Shown: positions 22,677-36,021, numbered from the stretch's first letter. The stretch: DNA of 51,408 bases from Octopus sinensis (GCF_006345805.1 NW_021834011.1:1-51408), one strand, 5' to 3'. Made by a program: numbers and translations. Notes: generated from the letters alone by a model not told the origin.

Positions 22677-23720
22677 CATCCATTTATTTTATTTACTTTG
22701 TGGAAAGGACTGTTTTAACGAAGTCGCGTCTTGTCCCTACCTTTGAAACGTGGAGTTGAAACTGATGAAGGGAATGTTCTTTATGTTGTCTGTCTCGTTT
22801 CTCTATTTGTTTCTTTTGTTGTTTGAAAAAAGTTCGTTTTTATATTCTCGTTTCTCATTTTGTTCACGTTTTTTATGTCCTGTACCCATATATGCATGTA
22901 TATATACATATATATGTAGGTATGTACATATATGTAAATATGTATATATTTATATATTATTTATATTATTATATGATCGAACGCCACGCATCCATTTCCA
23001 AGTAAGTTTTATCTTAGTAATTCCGATGCGCACTCTACATACTATCTTTATTCTTTCTATCCATCTCCCTCTCGTGTTCTTCTTCCTTTTTGTTTTTCTC
23101 TTCCACGCTTTCCCTATTCTTCTCCTCTCCCCTTTACCATTCCCTCTCTATTTCTTACTCTTCCTCCTTGATTCTCTCGTTGCTCACACGTGACCAACAG
23201 CTATCTATCTTTCTTTCTTCCACTTCCTTCCTAAAGACAAAACGTGCTTTTGCCTGTCTTTTCTCAAAGCTCGTTTTTCCAGCGTTCTCCACTTAACCTC
23301 GTCTTAACTTAACAGACCTCACCGTTTGTTTTTACTGCTTTATTCTTACTGTCCTGTTTTTGTTACCACTTTAACCCTCCGCAATATATCCTAAATTTTA
23401 TTTAATTTGCTTCGTGGGAAGGACTGTTTTAACGAAGTCACATCTTGTCCCTACCTTCAAAACGTGGAGTAAATAAAACAAGGGACAACTGATGAAGGGA
23501 AAGTTCTTTATGTTGCCTGTCTCGTTTCTCTATTTATTTCTTTCGTTGTTCGAAAAAAAGTACATTTTCTGTTTTTGTTTTTTTATGTTCTTTTTTCTCC
23601 TTTTGTGCATGTTTTATTCATGTCCTGTACCCATATATGCATGTATATATACATATATATGTAAATATGTACATATATGTATGTATATATGCATATATTT
23701 ATATATTATTTATATTATTA
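22676..23720 (+). mobile_element. Tandem 1.5-mer (period about 715 bp) of a Penelope-like terminal repeat unit
   Basis: ggactgttttaacgaagtc...cttgtccctacct...ctgatgaaggg...gtcctgtacccatatatgcatg occurs at about 22707-22900 and 23421-23645. Confidence 0.65.
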
Positions 23721-23779
23721 TACATACATATACATACACACATATATATATATATGTATGTATACATACCTATACAAAC

Positions 23780-23812
<33 letters not shown>

Positions 23813-23849
23813 CATACATATATAATACATATACATATATGTATATATA

Positions 23850-23973
<124 letters not shown>

Positions 23974-24054
23974 CACACACACATATATTATCGATATGGT
24001 TGTTTTTGAATATTATGATATCCAAAAACATTGTCGAAAATGTTAAATGTTGTT

Positions 24055-24959
24055 TCACCAAATTACATTAGTTGTCTGGTGTGCAGACACTCTTCCTGGC
24101 TCTTTTCTTGCTGTATATATTCCATAATGGTAACTGCCAACTGTTATTAATATAAATATTCTCAGATCTTCTTCTGTATTCTTCTTCTCGTCTAAGACTT
24201 CTGATGTTTGTAGCAGACATTTTGTTTTGGGATATATTGATTTATTACCATCAGAGTCATCATTGCCATCAATATCATCAATTGTCATCATCATCATCAT
24301 CATCAATATCATCACCATTGGCATCATCATCATCATCGTCATTGTCGTCGTCATCGTCGTCATCGTCGTCATCATCATCATCATCACCATGGTTGTCATC
24401 ATCATCATCACCGTCATCGTCATCAACATCACCGTAATCATCACTGTCATCATCATCATCACCGTCATCATCATCACTGTCATCATCATCATCATCACCA
24501 TTAACATCATCATCATCATCATCATCACCATGGTCGTCGTCATCATCATCATCATCATCATAATCATCATCATAATCATCATCACCATCATCATCATCAT
24601 CACCGTCATCATCAACATCGTCATCATCATCATCATCATCCTCACTATCATCATCATCATCGTCATCATGGTCGTCATCAGTATCATCATCATCAATCAT
24701 CATCATCACCGTTATCATCAACATCATCTATGTTGTCTTTGTCAATGTTATCATCAATGTCATTGTGGTCGTTTTTGTCATCATTGTCATCATTGTTATC
24801 AATATTGTCATCGTTGCCATCGTTGCTGCCACCATGATCAGCATCATTGTCATTGTTGCCATCCTCTTCCTCGTCGTCCTCCTCATCTGCTTCTTCATCT
24901 TCTTTCTCTAATAAGTACCTTTTGTTGGCGGTGGCAGTGGAACAAACTGAGGTTATCAT
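24055..24959 (-). other. Degenerate (GAT)n tract; candidate Asp-rich ORF of about 300 aa split by two +1 insertions
   Basis: Three abutting D-rich ORFs in successive frames (24693-24959, 24278-24727, 24055-24696); single extra bases at about 24695 and 24281. Confidence 0.3.
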
Positions 24960-25206
24960 ACTGACTCAAGATCAAGCATTTCTAAAGAGAGAGTTATATT
25001 TATTTGAATCATCTCTCATTATATAACTGGTATCTATATTTCTAACCCTGCTTCAATTTGAACTGAGAACGTAGGAAGATGGAAGTAGATATTGTGCAAA
25101 ATTATGTAGCCCCTAATCAAGCAGAACTATGATCAATGACAATCCAGCCATGATAGTGTCATCTCTTTGTATTTCTTTGGCATCATTGTTAAATGTCCCC
25201 TTTAAT

Positions 25207-25499
25207 TTAAACCTTTTTGATACCAGCCCATCTGACTATGCCCCTGGTTTCTGTAATACAAACTTCCTGCTTTAACCCTTTCTTTATGGTATTTATTTTG
25301 AGAAGCTCTGTGGTTCTTTCAATTACTTTAGATATAACAAAAAATTTAGTAAAATAACTTAGTTATCATTCAGCTAGTGTTAGGAACATAAATTGTGATT
25401 AATGTTTGGTGGAAGATTTTAATTCAAAATTTATGAAAACAAGACATTTGTACTCAGAGCCAGAGCCAGTTTCAGCCGGGTTGGTAACAAAAGGGTTAA
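25207..25499. mobile_element. piggyBac-like non-autonomous element
   Basis: TTAA-acctttttgatacca ... tggtaacaaaaggg-TTAA terminal inverted repeats. Confidence 0.6.
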
Positions 25500-25614
25500 A
25501 ATAGATTTGTATATGAGAAGTTGCTCACTCGTAAAATGCAGTTTGCATGGACAAACTTTTAGCACCTTTCAATACCAGTCTACCTGAGAACTGCGCTTAG
25601 TTCTTTAACACATA

Positions 25615-25918
25615 TCTCTCTATATATAAACGGCAAAATGTATGTCTGTGTGTGTGTCCTTTATACAAATCCACATTTTTTTAATTAGAGGGCTCGCACT
25701 TTCTATGGTTATTTAAAACCCTCCAAGGGTGGTCGTGCACATCTTTACATTTCCACAGTCGCCCCACAAAGCCATGAAAATATCAATAGAAATGACTTTT
25801 TTGTGAATTTTCTATCCAAAACCCAATCAAAATGCCCGAAACGTGATACGCCAATTGAATGCCAGCTAGCTGTATGTGATTGGTCGGAGATTTGGACGTT
25901 GCCGGGTCATAGTGCTAG
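25615..25918 (+). mobile_element. Short non-autonomous Helitron
   Basis: Begins A|TCTCTCTATATATAAACGGC with a gtctgtgtgtgt tract and ends gccgggtcatagtgCTAG|T; no TSD. Confidence 0.6.
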
Positions 25919-26597
25919 TTTTCTATATTTCCTAAGTTAAAAAATCTTAATTAAAATCTTTCTTCAAAATTCCCTGTTGATCTATGTTCCAAATGTCAGT
26001 TTAATAACGACAAAGTCATTTTACAAAATTCTTCGTTATTTTCAAAAAAAATCCTTAATATTATCATCAAATTAATAGAAACAAATACAGTTTATTCCAA
26101 AAGAATTATGGTAATGAAAGGGGTTGTAATGTGTGATTTCACAGAGATATGACTGCTATATTTTCCGGTTAGGAGACCACATTGATGCATCATTAATGGC
26201 TCTCATTAATATAAAGTACTTCGTTCCAATATACTTTGTCTGTCACAAACTCAATCAACAGACTTTTCTATTAGAATTCTCCAACTTCTAGAATAGTTGC
26301 CATCATCATGACTCACTATAATCACACTTCATTCCAATATTCTTTGTGTAAACTCCATACCTTTATTCTTGCAGTTTCATATAAGTTTTGATATTCTAAC
26401 ATTCTGTTATTCTATAATTACATTATTGGTATTGTTTGTTTTGTATGTGTGTAGAGCTATTAACTCTAATACAGTGGTATTAAACCATCTGACACAACCA
26501 ACCCCTCTTAAATGTGAAGTACAGAGAAGATACAACTGGGGTTTCTGTCATTAAAGCAAGGGCGTATGGTGCATACCTAACACGCACACACACACAC

Positions 26598-26656
<59 letters not shown>

Positions 26657-26754
26657 CTCTCTCTCTCTCTCTCTCTCTGTTTCTTTCTCTATCCAATCGT
26701 CATTTTAATCCAGTATCACACAGCACCAGACAACCTGAGATCAGTTTGACAATT

Positions 26755-27120
26755 ACCACTGATGGATGCAAGAAAGTTTTTTGGAAAAGTTAACAAGGAA
26801 TCTTTAGAAAATCTCTCCACTGAAGTTAAAGAACTTACTAGATCTACAAACCAAACCGTAAAATGATATTATCAAAGAATCATTCAATCTAACAGCATTC
26901 AATCTAAATACAGACAGGATTAAACACTAACTTTAAAATTAAACTGCAACAAGAAACACATAAATCTATGTACATCTGTATCGGTATTAATAGTAAACCT
27001 GCAATAACTAAATTATTTACTAAATAGCGACCAATCTTAAAGTCCATACAAATGATAATCCTGCCGGTCTTCCATAGTTACTGCTATAATAAAAGAAAGT
27101 GAAAGCGTTATTTCAATTCT
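26755..27120 (+). pseudogene. Heavily decayed Penelope-like RT fragment
   Basis: KVHTNDNP followed after a frameshift by IVTAI resembles the PLE motif PK.HK..P.RPIV; many stops. Confidence 0.3.
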
Positions 27121-27533
27121 CTCCAATCAAAAACATGTGTGTGTGGTGTCTGTACACACACACACACACACACACACATCTTTTGTTTGCTTTTGTATCT
27201 GATTTCTTCAGCAAAAAGGTTGAGCATAGAAATTATTAAATTTTTTTGTTGAAACGTTTGCCTGCTCATTCTGTTTAAATATCAAATGATTTCTGTGAGG
27301 AGGAATGTTTTTCAAATCTTGGTCAAATAATTTCATATTCTTCTCTATCATCTCAATGCTGGGAAATGAAGGAACTGAAAGATGATTCCTCAAAGGTTTT
27401 CTGCCATTGATGGTGATGAAAACAATATATCTTATGTCACTTTTTAGTAGAAAACAAAATATTTTTATAATTTTAAAATTAATTAGAAAAATGAACAAAG
27501 ATTACTAGAGTTATTATTATTATTATTATTATT

Positions 27534-27867
27534 CAGTAGTTTTATTTTTATAGAGTGCTTTCACTTCACTACCGAGCGCAGCTCTGTGTGCCTTGGGTAT
27601 GTGCTGTGATTTGTTGTGATGCTCTGATGGTTATTGTATGGAAAGTGTTCTGCGTAGGATGTGTGCAGTGCCTAGTAGTGCAATTTTCTGTATGTTATAT
27701 GTGTTTGTAAGTCCTGGTGTTTTTGTTATGTATTTGTCTGAATATTTTTTTATCATGCCTAATGCACCTACTATGATAGGAATTGTTTCTGTTTTCAGAT
27801 TCCACATTCTAGTTACCTCTATTTCCAGATCTTTGTATTTTGAGAGTTTCTCCATTTCTTTTAGAGA

Positions 27868-27913
<46 letters not shown>

Positions 27914-28638
27914 TAGTTTTATTTTTATAGAGTGCTTTCACTTCACTACCGAGCGCAGCTCTGTGTGCCTTGGGTATGTGCTGTGATTTGTTGTGATGCT
28001 CTGATGGTTATTGTAGGAAAGTGTTCTGCGTAGGATGTGTGCAGTGCCTAGTAGTGCAATTTCTTCTGTATGTTATATGTGTTTGTAAGTCCTGGTGTTT
28101 TGTGTTATGTATTTGTCTGAATATTTTTTTATCATGCCTAATGCACCTACTATGATAGGATGTTTTTTTCTGTTTTCAGATTCCACATTTTAGTTACCTC
28201 TATTTCCAGATCTTTGTATTTTGAGAGTTTCTCCATTTCTTTTAGAGACATTATTATTATTATTATTATTATGATTATTATTATTATTATTATTATTATT
28301 CAGTAGTTTTATTTTTATAGAGTGCTTTCACTTCACTACCGAGCGCAGCTCTGTGTGCCTTGGGTATGTGCTGTGATTTGTTGTGATGCTCTGATGGTTA
28401 TTGTAGGAAAGTGTTCTGCGTAGGATGTGTGCAGTGCCTAGTAGTGCAATTTTCTGTATGTTATATGTGTTTGTAAGTCCTGGTGTTTTTGTTATGTATT
28501 TGTCTGAATATTTTTTTATCATGCCTAATGCACCTACTATGATAGGAATTGTTTCTGTTTTCAGATTCCACATTCTAGTTACCTCTATTTCCAGATCTTT
28601 GTATTTTGAGAGTTTCTCCATTTTTTTCTTTAGAGACA

Positions 28639-28685
<47 letters not shown>

Positions 28686-29040
28686 TATTATATTATTCAG
28701 TAGTTTTATTTTTATAGATTGCTTTCACTTCACTACCGAGCGCAGCTCTGTGTGCCTTGGGTATGTGCTGTGATTTGTTGTGATGCTCTGATGGTTATTG
28801 TATGGAAAGTGTTCTGCGTAGGATGTGTGCAGTGCCTAGTAGTGCAATTTTCTGTATGTTATATGTGTTTGTAAGTCCTGGTGTTTTTGTTATGTATTTG
28901 TCTGAATATTTTTTTATCATGCCTAATGCACACTATGATAGGAATTGTTTCTGTTTTCAGATTCCAATTCTAGTTACCTCTATTCCAGGTCTTTGTATTT
29001 TGAGAGTTTCTCCATTTCTTTTAGAGACATTATTATTATA

Positions 29041-29078
<38 letters not shown>

Positions 29079-29281
29079 TATTATTATCATTCAGTGGTTT
29101 TATTTTATAGCTTGCTTTCACTTCACTACGAAGCACAGCTCTGTGTGCCTTGGGTATGTGCTGTGATTTGTTGTGATGCTCTGATGGTTACTGTATTGAA
29201 AGTGTTCTGTGTAAGATGTGTGCAGTGCCTAGTAGTGCAATTTTCTGTATGTTATATGTGTTTGTACGTCCTGGTGTTTTT
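27534..29281 (-). mobile_element. Head-to-tail array of five 5'-truncated RLE-LINE (R4/Dong-like) 3' ends separated by (TAA)n
   Basis: Units 27534-27870, 27911-28251, 28301-28639, 28698-29030, 29092-29281; peptide KEMEKLSKYKDLEIEVTRMWNLKTETIPIIVGALG...IQKIALLGTAHILRRTLS. Confidence 0.9.
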
Positions 29282-29282
29282 C

Positions 29283-29340
<58 letters not shown>

Positions 29341-29903
29341 TAAGTCATTAAGATTTCAATTCTGTGAAGGATTTCAAAATTTGGTTAAATAATTTTCAAA
29401 TTTTTTATATATAATTTTGTACAAATTTTTCTATATTATTTTGTTCTTCATTTGTTTGATACTGATGCCTATCACAATTTTAATACAAATTATGTAAATT
29501 TTCTTGGAATATTATTATTATTTGTTAAAATTTAAAAGAAACACCCACCAAAAGACAAAATTATTTTGCTATTATAACTAAATCATTAACATTAATTATA
29601 CTGAATAACCAAGAACTTCTCTGAGATATAAATGTCTGTAATGAATTTTTCAAAAGTTGGTCTAATAATTTCCAAATTTTTCATTATTGTCCTTTTTCTG
29701 TAAAAATAAAAGAACCAAATGATGTGAGTTCCTCATTGGCTGGTACTAATAACTGTTACAAAGTCAATATTTTTCTGGAAAATTATTAATACTCTGTTTA
29801 AAATTAAACAGAAACTGCCCTCCAAAATTAAAAAGTATTTATAATTATTATTAAATCATTAGTATAAATTATAATGGATAACTTAAATTTTAATTTCTAG
29901 TTG

Positions 29904-30080
29904 TAGGAGTGGCTATGTGGTAAGTAGTTTGCTTACGAATCACATGGTTCTGGGTTCAGTCCCACTATGTGGCACCTTGGGCAAGTGTCTTCTACTATAG
30001 CCTCAGGCCGACCAAAGCCTTGTGAGTGGATTTGGTAGACAGAAACTGAAAGAAGCCCATCGTATATATGTATATATGTG

Positions 30081-30115
<35 letters not shown>

Positions 30116-30329
30116 ATGTTTGTGTGTTTATGCTTGTCATCCCAACATCGCTTGACAACCGATGCTGGTGTGTTTACGTCCTTGTAACTTAGCAGTTCGG
30201 CTAAAGAGACCGATAGAATAAGTATTAGGCTTACAAAGAATAAGTCCCGGGGTCGATTTGCTCGACTAAAGGCGGTGCTCCAGCATGGCCACAGTCAAAT
30301 GACTGAAACAAGTAAAAGAGTAAAGAGTA
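29904..30329 (+). mobile_element. SINE-A, full length
   Basis: All blocks intact; tail ggtgctccagcatggccacagtcaaatgactgaaacaagtaaaagagtaaagagt. Confidence 0.92.
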
Positions 30330-30624
30330 TGAGAAATTTTTCAAAACTTGATTAATTAACGTAAAAATATTGAAGACAGGGAACTTCTAATAATGTGAAA
30401 GTGGAAAGTTAACTAACGTTTATATATTTCAATCTAATCAAAATGGCAGGATCTACATAAATACATATTTCTAAACCAGTCACTTGTGGGGCCTTTGTGC
30501 TTAATGGGCCATTGTGCTTAAAATATAGGGAGTTCCATAATTAACTATTTCAGTGAAATTGAAAAGATTTTTCTTTTTAAACTCACTTTAATTTATGTTT
30601 ATTATGTTTAATATTTTTTACTTT

Positions 30625-30800
30625 ATTCTTTTAATCTTTTACTTGTTTCAGTTATTTAACTGCGGCCATGTTGGAGCACCACCTTGAGCCGAGCAAATCA
30701 ACCTCAGGACTTATTCCTTGTAAGCCTAGTACTTATTCTATTGGTCTCTTTTGCCGAACCGCTAAGTTATGGGGACATAAACACACCAACATCGGTTGTC
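30625..30800 (-). mobile_element. SINE-A 3' half
   Basis: gcggccatgttggagcacc...gaaccgctaagttatgggg. Confidence 0.85.
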
Positions 30801-30864
30801 TACAACAGCCTTTTTTTCAATTTGGCTGCAATCCTTTTGTCTACCTCCATGCCCGGGATGGAGC

Positions 30865-31139
30865 AATAGTTTAGCTGAACTTAAAGAACATATTCAGTTA
30901 GAAATGCAGGAAATATCTCCTGAAATGCTTCACAATGTGTTTCATAATGCATAGATTTGAAATTTGCAGGGATACACATGGAGCACATATTAAAAATTTT
31001 CTACAAAATTTTGACAGAAGATTTATAAATCTATTTGTTTTTGGTATCATAATTAAGTAATAAACGTAAGATTCTGTCAATTTTTCCAAAACTTGCCCAA
31101 TCTCATTGAAAGAGATAATTAATTGTAGGACACCCTGTA
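30865..31139 (+). mobile_element. Tc1/mariner-family transposase C-terminus plus right TIR
   Basis: NSLAELKEHIQLEMQEISPEMLHNVFHNA, +1 shift, RFEICRDTHGAHIKNFL; ends ggacaccctg-TA. Confidence 0.65.
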
Positions 31140-32919
31140 TATCACAGTTACATAACTTTCCTTGCTGCTCGTTAAAAGCTCTTTGTCGTTATCATTCCTT
31201 ATATTACTTTTGTATCACAATGCTTCAAGTAAACTACAATGCTCATCTTGATTAAATAATGTTCAAATTCTTCTACATTATTTGGTTCCTGTAAAAATAA
31301 AAGTGAATTCTTCATTGCTTTGGTATTGAAGACTGTCACAAAGTCAATATACATTATGTAAAATTTTTCTTGAAAATTTTTATTTGTTAAAATTTAACAG
31401 CAAAAACCCTTCCAAAATTCAGAAGTTATTATTATTATTATTATTATCATCATTATTAAATCATTAATGTTAAATATATAATGAAACAAAGAATTTCTAT
31501 GAGATTTTAATTTCTGTGAAAAATTTTTCGAAACTTGATTAAATATATTTAAAATAACTCTGAATTATTGCATTGCTGTAAAAATGAAAGAACTAAACAA
31601 TGGGGATTCTTTACAGGATTGGAACCAACTATAAAATTATTATTATTACTTGTTAAAATTATATAGCAAAAACGGCCCCAAAATACAAACGTATTTATCA
31701 GTAATATAATTATTAAACCGTCTGTATTAATTATATAGTATAATGAAGAATTTCTCTGTGATTTTAATTTCTGTGAGAAAATTTTTGAAAACTCGGTCAA
31801 ATAATTACAAATTTTTCCATATTTCTTGTTGCTGTAAAAAAACAAAACAAAACGAAACGACAAAAACAAAATATTCCTTGAGCAGCGTGAATCCCTCATT
31901 GGTTTGGTTTTGGTGCCAATAACATTAATAAAATCAATATGCATTATCAAATTTTTCTGGAAATTATTATTATTTTTTAAAATTAAACAGAAAAAACCCC
32001 AAAAAGTATGAAAGTATTTATTATTATTATTATCATTATTATTATTATTATAACTAAACCATTAATATTATTTGATATAGGAATAACCAAGAATTTCTCT
32101 CAGATATTAATTTAGTATTTCCTTCTGTCTTTTGTTTCCATTCCCTGGAACATTACAGACTTCAAATGGGCCACAGCCAAAACAGCAAAACAGCTTCCTG
32201 ATGAGCGTTGGCCCCTTTTATTCTCCAAATAAAATCAAGGCTTTTTCTTGATAAGAAAAAAAAACAAGAAAATAAAGAAACAACATAGTTATTTCTCTTT
32301 ATCAGAGAAAGAACTCATTAACACACTTCAGCTTTTACCTTGTACTGAACTGACCCTTCTTTCGGGCCAAAGAAGATGACAATTAGGATTCTGTGAACCC
32401 TAAGAATTGGCTTTATATGAGCGTAGTAAAATACACCGGAAGATAATTTTGTTAACTCATTTCATTCTTATAATTTGTCTGAGACATTCAAATTGGAACC
32501 ACAACTTCAAGCCAGCTGTTGTTTGAAATAACAGAATTTGCAGACCTTTCAAACCCGACTGTTCATCCATACATAGTTTACAAATTATTTCTTCATTCAC
32601 ATCTTGGGTTTTGGAAATGATAGTTAAGTGATATCACTTTTTAGGATATCATCTTTCATATGTATATATGTATCAATGTATGTATGTACATATGATGCAT
32701 ATGAGTGTGTACGTATATGTGTATGTATGCATGTATGCCTTTAAGTGAAAATATGCATGTGGATACATGCATGAATGTATGCCTGCAAATATGTGTTTAT
32801 ATATGTATATTTATGTATGCACATGAACATACATACGTACATACATATATATTATATATATTATATATATATATTATATATCATATATATATATATATGT
32901 ATGCATGTATGCTTGTATA

Positions 32920-32950
<31 letters not shown>

Positions 32951-33005
32951 TCATGTGCATATATATAATATATCATATATATATATGTATGTATGTATGA
33001 GTGTA

Positions 33006-33041
<36 letters not shown>

Positions 33042-33876
33042 TGCATGTATGTATGTATGTATATGAGTATTTACATGTATGTATGTGTGTGCATGCATGC
33101 CTATTTGTCACATTGGTTCTCTTAAAAAAATAATAACACAAAACAGAAACCAGATACATCACCATCATCATCATCATCATCATCATAATCACACCACCAT
33201 CATCATCATCATCATCATCATAATCATCACCATCATCATCATTATACACCAATAAACTGAATATTTATAAACCACTCTGATATTTTGGATCGTTTATTTT
33301 TATTTTTGGTTTCAGAAGACATAAAGTTTTTTGAAAAAAAAAATCAAAAATTAAAAAAGAAAAAAAAAACAGAAGAAAGATAATAATATTACAAAAGAGT
33401 AAAAAAAAAAAAGGTGAAAAGAAAGAAAATTTCTTGGATATTGATGCAGATCAAGGGGTGAATGGTACATAATTTCTTTTTTCTGCAGTAAAATCCAAGT
33501 TTAAAATGATTGTATCTTATTTCTCATGGGTGCATTTCTGTCTATTTGTCTATATCTATGGGCTCATAATGTTGTGCATATATGTATGTATGCATGTATG
33601 TATATGTGTGTGTGTATGTGTATACATATGTATATATGCATATATAAATATATACATACACACACACCTGTATATATATGTACACTCACACACACAGACA
33701 CATACACACACACACACAAACTCACATACACACTTGATCTATGCAGGCCTTTTAGAGGTCTGATGTGTTTCTATTATTAGCATTGTAAATCAAAGAATTT
33801 CTTAACATATATATATGTATATATAAATGCATGCAGATAAGCATTTTTATACATGTAAGTATATATATGCATATAT

Positions 33877-33930
<54 letters not shown>

Positions 33931-33938
33931 TATACATA

Positions 33939-33979
<41 letters not shown>

Positions 33980-33999
33980 ATATACACATCCATATATAC

Positions 34000-34039
<40 letters not shown>

Positions 34040-35089
34040 CATATATACATATACATATACACACATACATACATATAATACATACATAATACATATATAT
34101 GTATATATATATATATATATAATATATATAGATAGAGTGTGAGAGAGAAAGAGAGAAAGAGAGAGCGAAAGATAGAGAGATTGATATATTTATAACAGAT
34201 TGACTCAGCTTCACATTGTCTAAAGTTTCGTGAAGTGAGAAACACTTCCACATCATCAAATGTTTAGAATCATAGTGGAGAGGATTTGAAAGCTAAATGT
34301 GTCGAATGCTACATTTTGCATTTGTTTACCTTCACATATATAACGTATGTCAATACAGTCAATTGATTAAGTAAGAACTACTTCAAGTTTCATGTGTTGA
34401 TAAGACATTTTTTCAGACCCGTTTGATTTTACTCAGCATAAAAATGCAAAAATGTAATTATCTGTTAAAAAATCAATTGTTTGTTTTTTTTTTAAATTTT
34501 AAAGTTTTCAAATTGGCATTATAGGAAATGACGTGTGAAATTTTTGAAAAAGTGTAACAAATAGCTATGTGATATATATGTCCTATGTGTTGATATGCCT
34601 AGATTCTATTGAATACTATAACTAACATATCTTTCTATCTTTCTATCTTTCTATGTATACACACACCCACCCAATCCCCATGAACAAAATCACACATACA
34701 TTCGTACATGTATGTATAAACATTAATAATAAGATATTCAATATTTATAGGACACGTGTTTCTACAAAATACCATAATTATTACATAACACCTATAGGAA
34801 AATTATGCAATCTTTCACTTCACCTCATCAGTGTCCTGTAATATAATACATACACACACACACACTCACAGATATGTTGTGGAGTATTCACACATGAGGT
34901 TATAAAAAGGTATAAGATCAAATAACAGTACTTGCAATTAATCCCCAACTTCCCACTATATAAGGCAGTCCATTTCCCATCCCCCTACATATACCTTCTC
35001 TTAACTCAGTGCAATTACATGTGAGATACCACTGATGTTCATACATACATACATGTATACATACATACATGGTGATGATATACAGAAAC

Positions 35090-35120
<31 letters not shown>

Positions 35121-35343
35121 AAGGGAGATTAGTAAGTTGACTTCACTCTCTATATCACTTAAAGTTTCATGGAGATGAACGTGTGGTCACATCATCAGAT
35201 ACTTCAAATGTCTGACATCGTGTTTTCATGTTCATGAAAGTTAAAGTAACATGTTACTCAATAAAAACGACTTCAGTTATATGTGTTGAGTGCTATTTCC
35301 ATTTCCATTCATTTATTCACTCATCCTTATGCACACACACATG

Positions 35344-35374
<31 letters not shown>

Positions 35375-35443
35375 TTATATATATAATATATATAATATAT
35401 ATATATATACATATATATATATATGTATATATATGTATAGATA

Positions 35444-35474
<31 letters not shown>

Positions 35475-35478
35475 GTAC

Positions 35479-35586
<108 letters not shown>

Positions 35587-35911
35587 GTATATTCTCAGCC
35601 TCAAGGTTTTACATACTTAACATTCCGTAAATATTTCTCTCACATATAGCATGTCATTTTTATTTTAATGTTTTCAATATTAAAAATACTTTTTAGTTAT
35701 TTTTCATCGACTATTGTGAAACACTTGTTCTAAAAGGGATGTAACTCACTTGTTTGTCCTGGAAGTCATGACCCAATGCCTTCTCACACTGTCAAAATGA
35801 AATTTGATATTTTATAAAAAAAACAAAAAAACAAGAGTTATGCTGAGCAATGAGGAATGTATAATCAAGACATGAAACTTGAAGTAGTGCATGTATGATT
35901 GATTAATTGCT

Positions 35912-35953
<42 letters not shown>

Positions 35954-36021
35954 TATATTTGAGGAATCTTGGAACTAATGATCGACCAACTATAGCACTT
36001 ACCCAGTGTTCATATTTGTAC

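Larger units (their letters stand above)
29340..32110. repeat. Old degenerate AT-rich tandem repeat (about 260-340-bp unit, six or more copies) interrupted by TEs
   Basis: Recurring gaatttctctgagattttaatttctgtga...ctcattgg...gtcaatat...gttaaaatt...ccaaaa...attatt blocks near 29345, 29611, 31255, 31491, 31748 and 32090. Confidence 0.65.

Noticed and set aside
27534-29281. CRISPR-like appearance (repeats separated by spacers)
   Set aside because: Units are about 337 bp of LINE sequence and the spacers are ATT microsatellite; eukaryotic context with no cas genes.
32140-32600. Unique-looking block with possible minus-strand micro-exons (e.g. VHRILIVIFFGPKEGSVQYK|gtaaaa)
   Set aside because: No recognisable homology and several equally weak splice options; cannot be supported without RNA data.
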